Of a DNA stretch of 64,000 bases, positions 30,060-43,989 are shown piece after piece. A model generated the notes under the pieces. It was not told the origin of the DNA, searched no databases, and saw only the letters and a list, made by a program, of their open reading frames with translations. Position 1 is the stretch's first letter. Each line of letters starts with the position of its first letter. The stretch is from Eledone cirrhosa (taxonomy: Eukaryota). Where the stretch lies: the NCBI GenBank assembly GCA_964016885.1, contig OZ024740.1:180048001-180112000 (forward strand). Reading direction: 5' to 3'. The translations under genes were made by a program, and so were the position numbers.

Positions 30060-31630
30060 AAATGTTTATATATAAATTCATGTGATAAACATATGTTTTT
30101 TTGTGTATGTGTGGAGTACCCTATGGTTTATGCTTTGAATATATTCTTATGAAAAATGTTTTTAAATGTTATAATGTTTAAATGTTATAACTTTATAGCA
30201 AGTAAATTCATAAATTGATGACTTCGTATAAAATAACATAAGGGTCATGTTCTAATTACATTCTAAAGATAGAACATTTCAATATTAATAAAAAGACGTA
30301 GTTCGAATGTTATTAGAGAATAACATTTTGTATTCAAATAGTTCAATCAGGATCGAAAACATTTGCAGAAAATTATTAAGTTAACGAAAATTATAGAGAC
30401 TTTAGTATTTATGTTGTTAAGAAGAGAGGATGTTTATGCGTGGTAGATTATAAAGGAAAAGGAAAAACAAAAGGAAAAGATAACTCCAATGTTTGTTAGT
30501 TACACTATTTATGTTAGATTTGTCATTTTTTTTAGAATTTGCTCTAAGAAAATGCGGAATGTATGTAGAGAACATTTTACATATTATTTTTGTATGATTA
30601 TAAGGTATTTTATATTACATGTTTTCAAAGATGAGAATTTCTTTTACATATGTATTCAGATATTATCTATATAGTCAATTAGGAAGAAAATATTATTACA
30701 GACATCATGAGTGTATTTAGAAAACTATCACGAAAAAGGATATATTTCAAAATATCAATTAAGAAATATGAATTAAAAAATATAAAAAATATCAATTAAA
30801 AAATCCTAAGAAGAATATCAATTGGAAAAGAATATCATTTGTAAAAAAAATAATTTGTAAAATTATTACGGGTGCTTTCGAAATCGTTCCCCAAGTACCA
30901 AATTAGATGTGAAAATGTTGTAGAATATTTTTTATCGGTTCTATTAAATGTAAGTTTATGATTATACCAGCGTTCTTTAAATTTTGTAGAAGTGGCTCCT
31001 ATATAGTTATATATTTTATCTTTAGATTTTACTATGTATACTGAGTTTTTATCTAGGCAATTATTCTGTAAAGGGCAATTTGATTAATTTCTACAGTTTC
31101 AATTTCGAGAGTTAATGTTACTAGGAACGGTACCATTATTATTAGTATTAATAGTGTTATTAGTAATATTAATATTGTTACCTTGGTTTAATTGGTTTAG
31201 GTTTAAATTTAAGTTTCTATTATTAATTCTATTTATATTTTGAGCAATGTTCATAGTAGTAGAGTAAGATATAGTTGTATAGTATGTCTGTTGAAAATAG
31301 AATGGTAGCTATGGGATTTTGGAAAGCATTTATCTAATGCTTTGAAAAATATTTTTGCTAAAGGTGTTTTAACCCCTAATGAGAATGTGGGAGAGTACCA
31401 AATAATATTTCTAGTTCTAGTTCTTTTGTTTGGTTTACTATTTAAGTTAAATTGTTTATTACTATTATTATAGTGAATTTTAGGAAGATTTTGCATGTTA
31501 TTGTTATCTAAGTATTTAATTTTATTCATGTAGCCAGCTCTATGTAATGTATCCTTGTAATATTCCTCCCTATTATCAAATATATTTTTATTAGCTGAAA
31601 TGCGTGAAATTCGTTGCTGGACATTATTAT
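30060..31630 (-). pseudogene. Second Naiad-like PLE fragment, convergent with the first
   Basis: VQQRISRISAN..RTRNIIWYSPTFS..KCFPKSH; downstream NCPLQNNCL..YIGATSTKFKERWYNHK. Confidence 0.85.
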
Positions 31631-31689
31631 AAGCAGGGCTTATCAAGGGTTGCATCAATATATGGGCAAGCAGTAAATAATGAAACGCA

Positions 31690-32290
31690 CCAGAGTACTC
31701 TATATTTAGGGTAGTAGAGTGGGTAATAGGAAAAGAGTCAGGACCCAAACAGCTGAGCTCCGGCCGTTTCGACAGCTAGATCTGAACTAAGCCAGCTGTA
31801 TTAGGACGGCGGGAATCTAGCTGAAAATAAGGGGCACAGTCCGTATATAGGCATGCAGCCGAAACTAAAATAAAGCAGAAATATAAAAAAAGTCAATTGT
31901 GTGTTTACGCAGTGCGTTATGGTCCACCTGGTTTTTTAGCACACTTTCTGTGATCTTTAGCTCCTACTTCCGTAGTGGAGCACTTTTCCACCCATACCAC
32001 ACTCAAATCCCGCCTCTACTACCAAGCTCCAGTTCCTTACTTGAATAAAACCCACCATGCGTAAACACATAAGTGACCTTTATTTGATATTTCTGCTTAT
32101 TTTGTTTTTAACTGCACGCCCATATATATATTGTACCCCTTGGTAAGTTCAGCTAGATTCCCACCGTCTTAATACTGCCGGCTAGTTCGGATCTAGCTGA
32201 CGAAACGACCGGTGATCAGTCGTCGGTGTCCTGACTCTTTTCCTGACTCTACTTCCCTAAGTATCGAGTGTGTTATGTTTTACCTGGATT
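31690..32290. mobile_element. Older diverged fold-back element
   Basis: ~31690-31911 is an imperfect reverse complement of ~32058-32270. Confidence 0.6.
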
Positions 32291-32402
32291 CTTACCACAC
32301 ATTCTTTCTTATATAAATATATATATACATATGTATATATATATTCATATACATACATACATGTAAGTATTTATCATGATGATATTTTAGTCCAGACTCG
32401 GG

Positions 32403-32490
32403 GTGTCTCTTGATAAGTTCCAAGCCTCGTGGATAAATCCAGGATCGGATATATCCGCATAAAAGGAACGAAACTGTCGGCAGTCGACAC
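32403..32490 (+). ncRNA. Degenerate type-I hammerhead with a true stem III and extended stem II
   Basis: gtgtc-tc-TTGATAA-gttcc...ggaac-GAAA-CTG tcgg CAG-TC-gacac. Confidence 0.55.
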
Positions 32491-33132
32491 TGGGGGAAGT
32501 TTGGAAAAGTTTATATGCATTTTTCTTCTAACTTCTTGTTAGACTTAACACCGTTTAGTTGATTATTTGTCTCGTCATTTTCTACGGGCTAAAATGAATG
32601 ACTAGATACATTTTATCTGGCTGTCCCTCGCGGAAGATAGTCTGTATCCTTTGTCTATTATTTCTTCATTGTTAGATTTTAAACTTATAGCCTCGTTTAA
32701 ATGATTATTTATATGGTTGATTTCTTCGGACTAGGGAGAGGAAAGACTGTGTATATTTTATCTAATAGTTCTTCAAACTTGCAATGTTATATATAACTCT
32801 GATTAATAAATCTTTGCTTAATTAGTTCTTCTTTGAGCCACACTGTGAAAGGTAGCCACGCTCATATACGTATCTGTGACTAAGTTTAAATATATACATA
32901 TATCCCTATGAATTTAATATATATATATAACCTTATAGGCACCCATTTTACGTGTGTTGTGTTGAAGCAAATAACTTTGTGTATACTCTGGGAATGTATC
33001 TACATTGCCCATGGAGTGCGCTGAGATACAACTTGTACTGGCATTGACAAATATGGTGGGTCCGTCAACCCTTATTATTATTATATATATATTCTTCTAC
33101 ACCTCCACAGCCAACGCACACATCAATCCAAC

Positions 33133-33238
<106 letters not shown>

Positions 33239-33271
33239 GTTAAAAGAATAGAGGTGTAACACACAAGTTAT

Positions 33272-33903
33272 TATATATTGGTAAACGGAATAGAAAATGC
33301 TGACAAATTGTTCACAGTTGAAAAATGGTTTAATTAGGAATAAAAGAGTATTAGTGATTGTATGGGTTAGTATTCAGTTGTGGTTTTAAGTTTTTAAGTT
33401 TTTACCGGTTGCGCATTTCTAAATGCTTTTCAAAAATAATTTTGAGATAGAGTGTCCGTGCTGTTTGCTCTGATCTGATTAGTTTTGGGAATTCTACCTG
33501 TTTTTATGTTTAAAAAATGGCTCCAGCGTTATTTTTGTGTTGCAAAAATGCTTGTGGTCAAAACAATTTTGATTGGTCGGTAGAGGTCATTCACATGACC
33601 TCTACCGACCAATCAAAATTGTTTTGACCACAAGCATTTTTGCAACACAAAAATAACGCTGGAGCCATTTTTTAAACATAAAAACAGGTAGAATTCCCAA
33701 AACTAATCAGATCAGAGCAAACAGCACGGACACTCTATCTCAAAATTATTTTTGAAAAGCATTTAGAAATGCGCAACCGGTAAAAACTTAAAAACTTAAA
33801 ACCACAACTGAATACTAACCCATACAATCACTAATACTCTTTTATTCCTAATTAAACCATTTTTCAACTGTGAACAATTTGTCAGCATTTTCTATTCCGT
33901 TTA

Positions 33904-33913
<10 letters not shown>
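33272..33913. repeat. Perfect palindrome (319-bp arms, 4-nt loop) carrying a hammerhead relic
   Basis: Centre ggtcat-tcac-atgacc at 33585-33600; no mismatch found by eye. Relic TTGAAAA-gcattt ag aaatgc-GCAA-CCGG-TA at 33752-33782 and its mirror. Confidence 0.93.
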
Positions 33914-33957
<44 letters not shown>

Positions 33958-36948
33958 AATCATTTTCATCAATACACGAATATAACGTGCATGCTGTCTG
34001 GCAATCAATCGATGGGAAAATAATTGCGAAAAGTGCTGGCCAAAGAGTACACATGGGTGAAGGTTACCGTGATATACAAATCCAGGAAAATGCATACCTA
34101 TATAGATATAAAAGGAAAAGTGAATAAGCAATTGATAAACTTAGATGAACATGGCAAATACCGATTTTTAAGGCCTGAATAGATTGTAGTTTAAGATTAT
34201 TCGATAAACAACTTCATTAATTTGTTTGACTCATCTTCAGTAGGTAATATCTTATATTTGCATAACTCTAGCCATTCCCCCAAATCACAAACTATGAAAG
34301 TACACGACTCTGTGACTGACAGAGAAACATAGAAACCCCTCTCAAACGAACACGGATATGATTGAAATCACAATTTTGTCTCTTCAAAACGGAATAAATA
34401 TCAGTTAGGAACCTGAACATTGGAACCTCTTTGCATATGTAAGCATTTCGGAACCTCTGATTATTGGGCTTAATGACAAACAACCCTTTTCGCTTTGATC
34501 AATATACACCAATATCTCACAATAACGGTAAACTAAATATAGGTAAGCAATGATCAATTTATTCAATTCTCTTCATTATCCCCAAGCCTCCTCAACATTT
34601 ACTTAGCAACATTCACTATATTTTATAGGGAGCATTATATCCAGTTTTAATAGGAAAAATTGCAGACGGCTTTTATTTTCTTCTTAACGATATAGGTTTC
34701 TCAGGAATTGTCCACCAGTCGTTCAACATAAACATTATCTGTATTGGTTGCAACACTATCGATTACCTATAAGCGCTGCACGGTTTAATAATAAAGAAAA
34801 TAATAGAACGGGCGTAACTTCATTGTCTTTTCAGTACCTTTATAATCCTTTCAAAAACGACAAGATGCACGAAGAAAATAAACGAAATAAAATAGGAATG
34901 AATATGTGAAACTACTTAAATGTAACTATATAAACATTTTAATCATAAGTATTTTATAAGAAGCATCTTTTGAATTGTTCTGTTGTTTCTTGTTTGTCTT
35001 TTCTTACATATTGTATCTGTGAAACAATCTACAGAATATGGATGTATCATTTTCATGAGATAAACATTGATTTATATGTATGTGTGTCCCGAAGAAATAA
35101 ATCAGGAATATACGTATTCAATGGTCTCAATAGTTTAACACTTCATTGACGCACTACGTATTTAAATCAATATTTGTTTGGGGGTTTTAACCACGCAATA
35201 TATTGTTGTTATGCTTTTAGCTTCCATTGACAAATCAATACATATATTATTTTCTCAATCATAAATTAATGTGTCTATAAAACAGGAATTTGAGGGGGAT
35301 GGATGCATTTAGCTTCTTTCTAAATCAAAGAAGGGCAATAATGTATATGTATTTATTTCTTACTTTTAATAAATTTGACTTAGAAAGAAAGTAAATGAGT
35401 GATTGAATTATAATATTATACAGTAAATGCTCTAAAATATGTATCGAGAACATTTCATGGTATATCGTAAATTGCAATTACTTATATATAATAAAATTGC
35501 AATATAAAGTAAACGTCGGTATGGTAATACTGTATCAGTATTCGTAAATATCTCACAGGTTGATTTAATGATAGAAATAGTTGAATTGTATCTCAGCAAC
35601 TCTGTACTATTAACGTGTAACTTCTTAATTCCTCTCCTGTCATTTGTTCTCTGTATTTAGGTCAAAACTAGTTTGATGACGTGTAGCTGATTATTTGACT
35701 TAGGTCACATCTGTCTTACTTTACAACTATTTTATTCACATTTATTTATGAGACTTATTTGGTTACTCCATTGAACACAGCACACTCTCACCAATTCTGA
35801 GACAACACTTCCATTGGGCGATAATGTATTATTTGTATCAAAGAATTACTAACTAATTTTAGGTATTTCTACATATAAGGGACATTCATATGCTTAAAAT
35901 TAGGAGGAAATATTGATCCCCTCTCACCTACTGTCTAAAATCTAACAAGGATGTTAATTTCTATTTTATCGCTTCTAAATCCGTTTCGGTATTCATCCGT
36001 ATTGCATGAAAGTTGAATCTTAGCCATGTTTCCTTTAGCGTTAAGCTACTGACATAACGAGACATCGCCATAAACACGACGCCATTATGTGCCAAGATTA
36101 GCCCCAGCTGCAGTGTGATTTCACTTTCAGCTCAGATGCATTGATGTCGAAGGACAAAGTCATCAGCCTGATCGAGTGATCGAATTGAAAACCTTACTTC
36201 CATGAAACCAGGATTTCAACGGACTTGCTTTCATTTTCTGCAATGTCGCTCAACCCAACTATTCCAAGTTCAATAGCATTAACCCAACGACTGCCAGGCA
36301 CCCGGTACTAATTTTGCAGTTTTCTAACATATAACATTTCTGGCGAACTCATTCAGATCCTATTCATCCTAGAAATTTAGCTTAGTGACCAAAAGCAGTC
36401 TCCAACAAATTAAATCATCCAGGTAGGTCCCACGTGAAAGCTGCCATGTACACAATATTCCTGCATACACATCACCAACAATGCCCAAACCGTCATATTC
36501 TACATTATAATTACGTATGGCATAATGACTACATACTATGCCTCACAAACGATGATGAACTCACATGTCGAACCTATATATAACTAGAATTGACAAAACT
36601 AGATACCTCAAATCTGTCTTTTTCTTAGTGTTGAGAACATAATTCCGCCTCAATCAATTATATTTACTCCTGTAACACCTCTACAAATGTGAACTATCAT
36701 AGAGAATTGCATCCATTCACATTATTCCTGAAGCTATAATTCAAACACTTACTGCATCATACATCAGATCCATCATTTCGCACGTTAACCAATAATTCGG
36801 CAAATGCCGATATTTCGTTTACAGAAATATAAATTTAGAATCCTAACCTAAATAGTATCTGGTCTATCGTCAAGGTTCTCTTATAATCCTTGGTAGGAAT
36901 AAGCATTACACTTCTAATTTATGAATAATATATAAGGATCTCGCTCTC

Positions 36949-37062
<114 letters not shown>

Positions 37063-37301
37063 CCTCTTTCTCTCTCTCTGTATATATATATGTGTGTATG
37101 TGTGTGTGTGTGTATGTGTGTTGGTGTATATAAACATATATATATATCACCTGGGAAAACTCACAATCTTTGGACATATGCCAGATATACATCTCAGATA
37201 GAGGAATGTTATGACATCTTACGAAGAAAGAAGTTACATCCGATATAATCTCAGGAAGAGTTAGTCTAATGTTTAGCGAACCATGAACATTTTAACAGAC
37301 T

Positions 37302-37363
37302 GTTCAATTAACTGATGAAGTAATAAATCTTTAAACAAATACGAAAACACACGATAATGAACT
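37302..37363 (+). ncRNA. Degenerate hammerhead-like motif
   Basis: gttcaattaa-CTGATGA-agta...tac-GAAA-acacacga-TA-atgaac; stems weak. Confidence 0.35.
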
Positions 37364-38740
37364 ATCTATTAAAGCTCTTCTACAAAGCTGGACAACAGTC
37401 TAGCAATCTTTATTTAATGTCCGCTATATGTAGCATATTTGCATGTCACTTGTCTAAATACTTAAATATATATTATTTTGGACACTATCAATTTGTCTCA
37501 CCATAAATTAATTTACATCAAGGATTACTAACATATCATTGATACTAATACTTTCCAGTGAAATATGTTATTCATTATGGGAAAAAAAAAATAAATAAAC
37601 GAAACATATACCTACATAACTGGGGGATTGCAAAAGCTGAAATTCCGCAATATATCATATGCTGAATTGACAAAAGATTGATGATATCTCTTGCTTTGAT
37701 AAGGAAGCTTTTGCTAAAACTTGAGCCGACATGAACATATTTATTCAGAAATGTAGAAATACGTTATTATACATGAGTTGCCCATAAACAACAATCTAGG
37801 AGAGTACTTGCAGAAATGTACCTATTACTTGTTTCACACCCGGGGTATCACTTAGAAGAACGCTCTGTTGTTTTCAGTGGAGCTCCAAATATATTTGCCT
37901 CGCGTGTATGATTGAAATACACATATACTATGCCTATCATACATTACTACAACGTTTCAGTAAGTAATCTGCCCAATTTCCCAGCAATAACTAGCAAAGG
38001 TACCTTTTAATAATTACAAATATATGACTTCTCTTAACTCTTATATATGTTTAGTCTGGAAAGGGTCGAATAGGCCGGAACAGTATATTAGGTATGTGTT
38101 TGTTAAGAAATATTCTACTTTCAACGTATTGAAATTAGTTTATATCACATGATTAAATAATCAGCACATCTCTTAATCGAAATCCTTGTAAAAAAGTTTA
38201 AAATAGTTGTTGCATTGAAACTTTTCACTGAAAAACATGTTCTGATATTATAATTCGACGTTAATGCATCTACTCCCACATAGAATTTTATAAACTTACG
38301 AAAAGGCTTCTTTGCGGAAATAGCATGTCAAAGATTCTGAAGATAGTTTATCATTTTCCAAAATCCACGTGAGATATGAATAAATGAACAATTTCAACCA
38401 CAAATTCTTGTAATCATGTTACTTGCACAGTATGTTCTTGTAGAAAACATATAGCCTAACTACTTGGAGTACATACCATCGATCATCACCATTACCTGAA
38501 AAGGGAAGATAATAAAAATATAAATATTAAAGAAAATTGCAGTTCTAAGTATATCTTGAGAAAAAAGTTATCTAATGGAAATAAATGTGAAGTTTCGTAA
38601 AATGTTATTTATCGTGATAAATTTCTTCCTACTATTTAAGTGTTTAAATGGTGTATTTATTTATTTACGGCATGGGTCCATGGCTTGTATAACGCGCAGA
38701 CACACACACAGTCACACCCGCACATGAATAGCTATATACG

Positions 38741-38809
<69 letters not shown>

Positions 38810-38825
38810 GTTTATATACATACAC

Positions 38826-38871
<46 letters not shown>

Positions 38872-39589
38872 GGATGTCTGTGGCTGTGTCATTTGTAAAT
38901 ACATATATGGACGCACACCACACACACACACACATATATATACATATATATACATACGTATCTCTCTCTCACTCTCTCTCTCTCTCTCTAACTATATATA
39001 TATATATATATATAATTTTTTTTTTCTGAAAAATCCTATATTTCAATTATTACGATGGATATTACTTCTATTTCTTTTATCCCACTGAGCGTGATTTGTG
39101 TGTGGAACCATATATGATGTACAATCTACACTTATATCATTCATGTACACTACTATATTAAATTCTATACGATATTTTCCGTTTCATAATAAACCAGGTT
39201 AGGTTGATATTTCGATTAAGCCATATATTTAGTGAAATAAATCGTCCTGATATAATAATCAATGACTGTAGAAAGTCATTTACTTCGATAGCTATGGAAT
39301 TCTCTTCTGATCACAATATTGCCCAGGTTGAAGAGAAGACACTGTTCCGATACCAGAAGCTTGAAATTAAATGTCAGTGCCAATAATTACGAAGAAGGAC
39401 ATAGGAGCCAAACCATCGTTTACAACACTACATACTATCTCCCCAAACAGCTCTACTGGAAATAAATAAACCTATATCACGTACTAGGCATTATTCTGTC
39501 TATAGCAAATTGAAACTCTATACAAGCAAGTAATAACATAAAACAGCACAACATACAAAATATACTGTTCAATATTAGGGCAATGGATT

Positions 39590-39752
39590 AGCAGTAACAT
39601 GCTTTGTGGAATAGAGTTACGACCCTTTACTTTCGAGTTTAGCTTTGCCTTTGGGGTCGACGAAATAAAACAATAATGCACTGCGGTCGATTTAATCGAC
39701 GTTGCCCTTTCCCAAAATCGTTGTCGTTGTTCCTAAAATAGAAACCAATATT
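39590..39752 (+). mobile_element. Partial Nin-core SINE
   Basis: ctttgccttggggtcgacgaaataa...gtcgatttaatcgac...cctaaaatagaaacc. Confidence 0.6.
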
Positions 39753-40047
39753 AGTGCTGAATAACACAACTCACCCAAAATATTCACTTCTATATTATTG
39801 TATGATAACATAAGCAACTCACATTATAGACACCATACACAGGTAATGTAACACTAACAGATCACACTAACAAACGATCTAAACACATCTAAACCAATGC
39901 AGTACACTAACAGGAGGATTCGATATTCCACCGACTAATAACTGTAAATTACTGCATATATTTCCGTAATACAAAATTTACTCAAGTAGTGTAAGGAAAC
40001 TACCGAAAGAGGATGATGGTGGAAATTGCGGATAATAATAATAATAA

Positions 40048-40227
40048 TTGTTTCTACTTTAGGCACAAGGCCAGCAATTAACCAGTGCATTACTGGTACT
40101 TTATTTTATCGACCCCGTAGGGATGAAAGGCAAAGTGAACCTCGGCGGGATTTGAACTCAGATCGTAAAGGGACGTCACTATGCTGGAAAGCATGGCGTC
40201 CGACCTTCTACCGATACTGCCAATCCA
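40048..40227 (-). mobile_element. tRNA-SINE with Nin-like core, within (AAT)n
   Basis: Same family as 22845; (AAT)n on both sides. Confidence 0.85.
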
Positions 40228-40234
40228 TAATAAC

Positions 40235-40265
<31 letters not shown>

Positions 40266-40499
40266 GTTTCTTTATTGGTCACAAGGGCTGACACGAACAC
40301 AAATATTAGAGACGGCAAGGAACAGTACAGGATGATACAAAGTGGGTGTTGGTCGTGTAAACAGGTAATAACAAAATTAGGCTAGAAATCCAAAAAAATT
40401 CAAACAACAAAAAATTCTCCAAGAAGGGAGAAACCTCCGAGGGTCACTCGTGGTGAAAACCACACAAAAGACCACGGCCACCCTGACCATCAGGGCAAG

Positions 40500-43400
40500 C
40501 GCCCTCTCTCACTTTTCCCACTCCTCAGTCTACACGCGTATACTCAGAGCGGGCCGGTTCACATGGATCAGACTCGCCCCTTTCACCCACCTTTCAACAA
40601 ACTTACTAGAAGACAGCACATGCCTCTCCACCTTTGATTTTTCTATTCAAGTGAAACTTGAAAAAGTTAATCAGGGATTGGCCGGAGGGGAAAGTGTCCG
40701 TCTTCAAGCTTTTCAATCTTGTCCACCACACAATCTCTTTCGCCATAGCCACCAGGCAGATGAAAATTGCCTGCCCTTCCTTCTCTTTAAAGAAAGTTGG
40801 CGGGGATATCTGCACTATGGACTCAGTCGATAACTGGATCCGTCCTACAGGAGACAGCAGCTGTTCGACATAGCTCCACAAGTCAGCAATCCTCTGGCAC
40901 TGAACGAGTGCGTGCAGGACGGTTTCGTCGCCCTGCGGGCATCTCGGACAGGTTCGGCTGACAGCTCCTCCGTGCCTGTAGAGCTATCCCGCGAATCGGC
41001 AACGCTCCCCGGCAGGCCAGGGATTTCTGGAAGTTGTCCATACGCGCCGGTCTGAAAGTTCTCCCTAAGAGAGCAAACAGCTGACCATCTTCGACGCCCA
41101 GGGAATCCCCGAGAACGTCGTCGTTCTTTCCCTCCTCTAGCCCTATATAGAACGCCGAGGTGGATGTTCCACCGATACTAGTGCCCAGCCGGTAGAGGGG
41201 GGTGAGCGCCTGGAGACATTCCAGCTTCCAAGCGCTATCCCTCAGTCTTTTCCTGATCCAGCACTGCAGCTCCGTTAAGGAGACATGCTGGGGAAAACGT
41301 GTCTGGCAAACGGCGACCGTCAAGGAAGCACCAAAGATGTCGCACTCTCAGCGCATGTTTGCACATCATCAGCCACGGCATGCCTAGTCCACCACGCAAC
41401 GCGTATTGAAAGCAAATAGATCGTCTGACCATGGGAGCACGTCCTTTCTACACAAAGCGGAAGAGAAGACGCTGCATTTTGGTCAGAGTTGGGCGGTTGG
41501 CAATGTACGACGGTCAGGCAGTAGCAGAATGCTATGAACGCATTCGCCACCACCGCCCGATCTTTCAGAGACAGCCTCCACTCTGCCCATTTCTGGGTGA
41601 GAGAGGCCATCCTGCTCGTCATCTCGCTCCAGTGTTTCTCCATCTGGTGGTCTGGACCGAACCAGACCCCGAGCAATTTAAACAGTCCTTCCGTCCAGCG
41701 CACCACGACGCAGTCAGACGGCATACACTTGCCTGTCCAGGTGCCGAGTTGCAAGCCCACCGACTTTTCCTAGTTTATCTTTGCTCCTGTCGCCGCTTCA
41801 TATTCCTTGAGAGCGGTGTCGAGCATCTGGACGTGTTTGGTGCTCGACACCACCAAGGTGAGGTCGTCGGTGTAAGCTGACACGGATCTCCCGCATCCCA
41901 GTTCGCGTGCGACCCACCTCATCGTCTCGAATTTGTGTAGTAAAGGCTCTCGGGCCAGTACGTACAATAGGGACGAGAGAGGGCAACACTGGCGTCAGAG
42001 CGCATGATGCTGAAAGGCTGCGACAGGTGACCATTCACCCTCACAATCGGGCAGATGTCGCTGTGCATCGCAGCGATCCAGCCCCTTAAGACAGGCCCGA
42101 AGCCGGCCGCCTCAAGGACAGAGAGACAGGTACCGATGGTTGACCCTATCAAATGCATTAGATTGATCCAAGTTGATCAGGGCCCCACCCGTGCCAAGTT
42201 CCTTAACCACCCTCTCTATGATGTATCGCATGAGATGGAGGTTGTCGTAGATGGATTTGTACGGGATGGCGCATAACTGCGCCTCTCCCACCAGATCACC
42301 GACGACAATTGTCAATTTCTTTACTAACACCTTGGCCAAAATCTTAAACTCTGCGTTTAGCAGAGTTATGGGCCTGAAATTATCTATAACGTCCCCCTTG
42401 TTCGGGTCATTTCTCAGCATCTCCATCGCTCCTCGGCTCACAAAACTGGGAATGCTCCCGTTCTGCTGCCAGTTTCAGTAGACATCTGCAAAGAGGTCGC
42501 CGAACAAGTCTGGCATATACGCATAAAGATCTCGTAGAGCAGACCATCCAAACCTGGCGATTTACCCCTCGTGCAATCAGACATCGCTTCCCGTATTTCA
42601 CCTGCTGTTATCGGCTTTTCGCAGCACTTCGCTGCGGTTGCCGAGAGCCGCGGCAGTCCGTTGAGGTATGCACCGAAGTCCATACACCGACCCGGCCCGC
42701 CGCCACTCCCGAACAATTGAGCAAAGTGCTGTTGAAAAGCCGCACACATCTGCTCGGGTTCGAGCAACAGGCGCCCGTTTTGATCAGGCAAAGACTGAAT
42801 TGTGGACTTGTAGCCACGTCACGCCCCCACCACCGGGCCCATTGAATGGCTGTTATCCCTTCGTGTCTTAGAGCACGTGTTCTATCTCTGACAACGCAGC
42901 TTTAATGCTTTGCGTTGAAGAATTGGTCGAGTGCCAATCTCGCCGCAAGCGCGTCGGTTGCGATGCCTGTCCTAAACGCCTCTTCTAACTTTCTAACTAA
43001 CTCTCACTCTACTCTATTTTCCTCTATCACTACTCCGTTGCTAAACCTTATCGATTCTACTCTAATAGCTCTTTTCAGGGTAAACCATCACCTGTTGTTG
43101 ACAATCGTACCCGTCAACGCAGGCTTAACTAATTCGCTAATCCGGTCTCTGTAAACCTTGCGCGCCGGGAACGACGCGTTCAGCTTCCTGTAGCCGTACG
43201 CTTGCCTATGGAGTCTATCTAAGTCAACTTCACAGATCACAAATGTGAGGTCCGTGTAGTCGAATACTTTAAATTGTGGACAACCTATATTAGCCTTATC
43301 TGTTTCCCTACAGAATACCCTATCTAAATACTATCTGCATGACTCGATGCGGTTTGCCCAGCCCACATTGGCACATTCGGATAATCCAGTCTATATCTGT

Positions 43401-43899
43401 CAGACAGTTCAAAACGTCTGAGCAGGCTGTTGAGGCTTTTACACCATCCAGCCCTGTCTACTAGCCCCACCTAATCCCAGCGTGCATCTAAGATACCGTT
43501 CCAGTCGCCCACTAACACTAAAGACAGGGACGTTCAAGAAAGGTCTCTAGACAACTGAAGAAATCTGGCCGTCCTGCTCCTGTTGGGGCGTAGACGGCTA
43601 CTAACCTGAAAGCATTGCCTTCGCTGTCCATCAAGTCCAGCACCACCGACTTACCTTCTGGGTCCAGGAAGATGGCCCGTATGGCGAGATCCAAACCTCT
43701 CCGAAGAAGCATGGAGAGCCCTCCCCCCGATCCTAGACGCCTGAGAGATAGGTGCGAAGTTTCGTGCTTCGGAGATTCTGGTCTTGCTGATGGCCACCAC
43801 ATCTATATTTAGTGATCTGAGCTCGTTGAGCAGGTGACCCTTCTTCCAAGATGACCACAGGCCACGTACATTTATAATGCCTATTCTGAGTACGGCCAT
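40500..43899 (-). pseudogene. Tx1 ORF2 (APE endonuclease + RT), frameshifted
   Basis: IGIINVRGL, FRLVAVYAP, KSPGLDG, NFRPITLLNAEFKILAK, LINLDQSNAFDRV, SAYTDD, KLLGVWF, KEIVWWTR. Confidence 0.92.
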
Positions 43900-43989
43900 G
43901 ATGGATGAGAAACGGGGCAAGTGAGAAAGGGTCACTTACCTTGATCATGTGGTGAAGCGACAGTAGAACCGTCCCTTTGGCTGGTCATG

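Noticed and set aside
34195-34265. Hammerhead-like CTGAAGA...GAAT on the minus strand (similarly CTGATGA at ~62166)
   Set aside because: GAAA and stem I are missing; too degenerate to call.
39204-39386. Possible PLE RT remnant (IINDCRKSF)
   Set aside because: Single short motif without further support.
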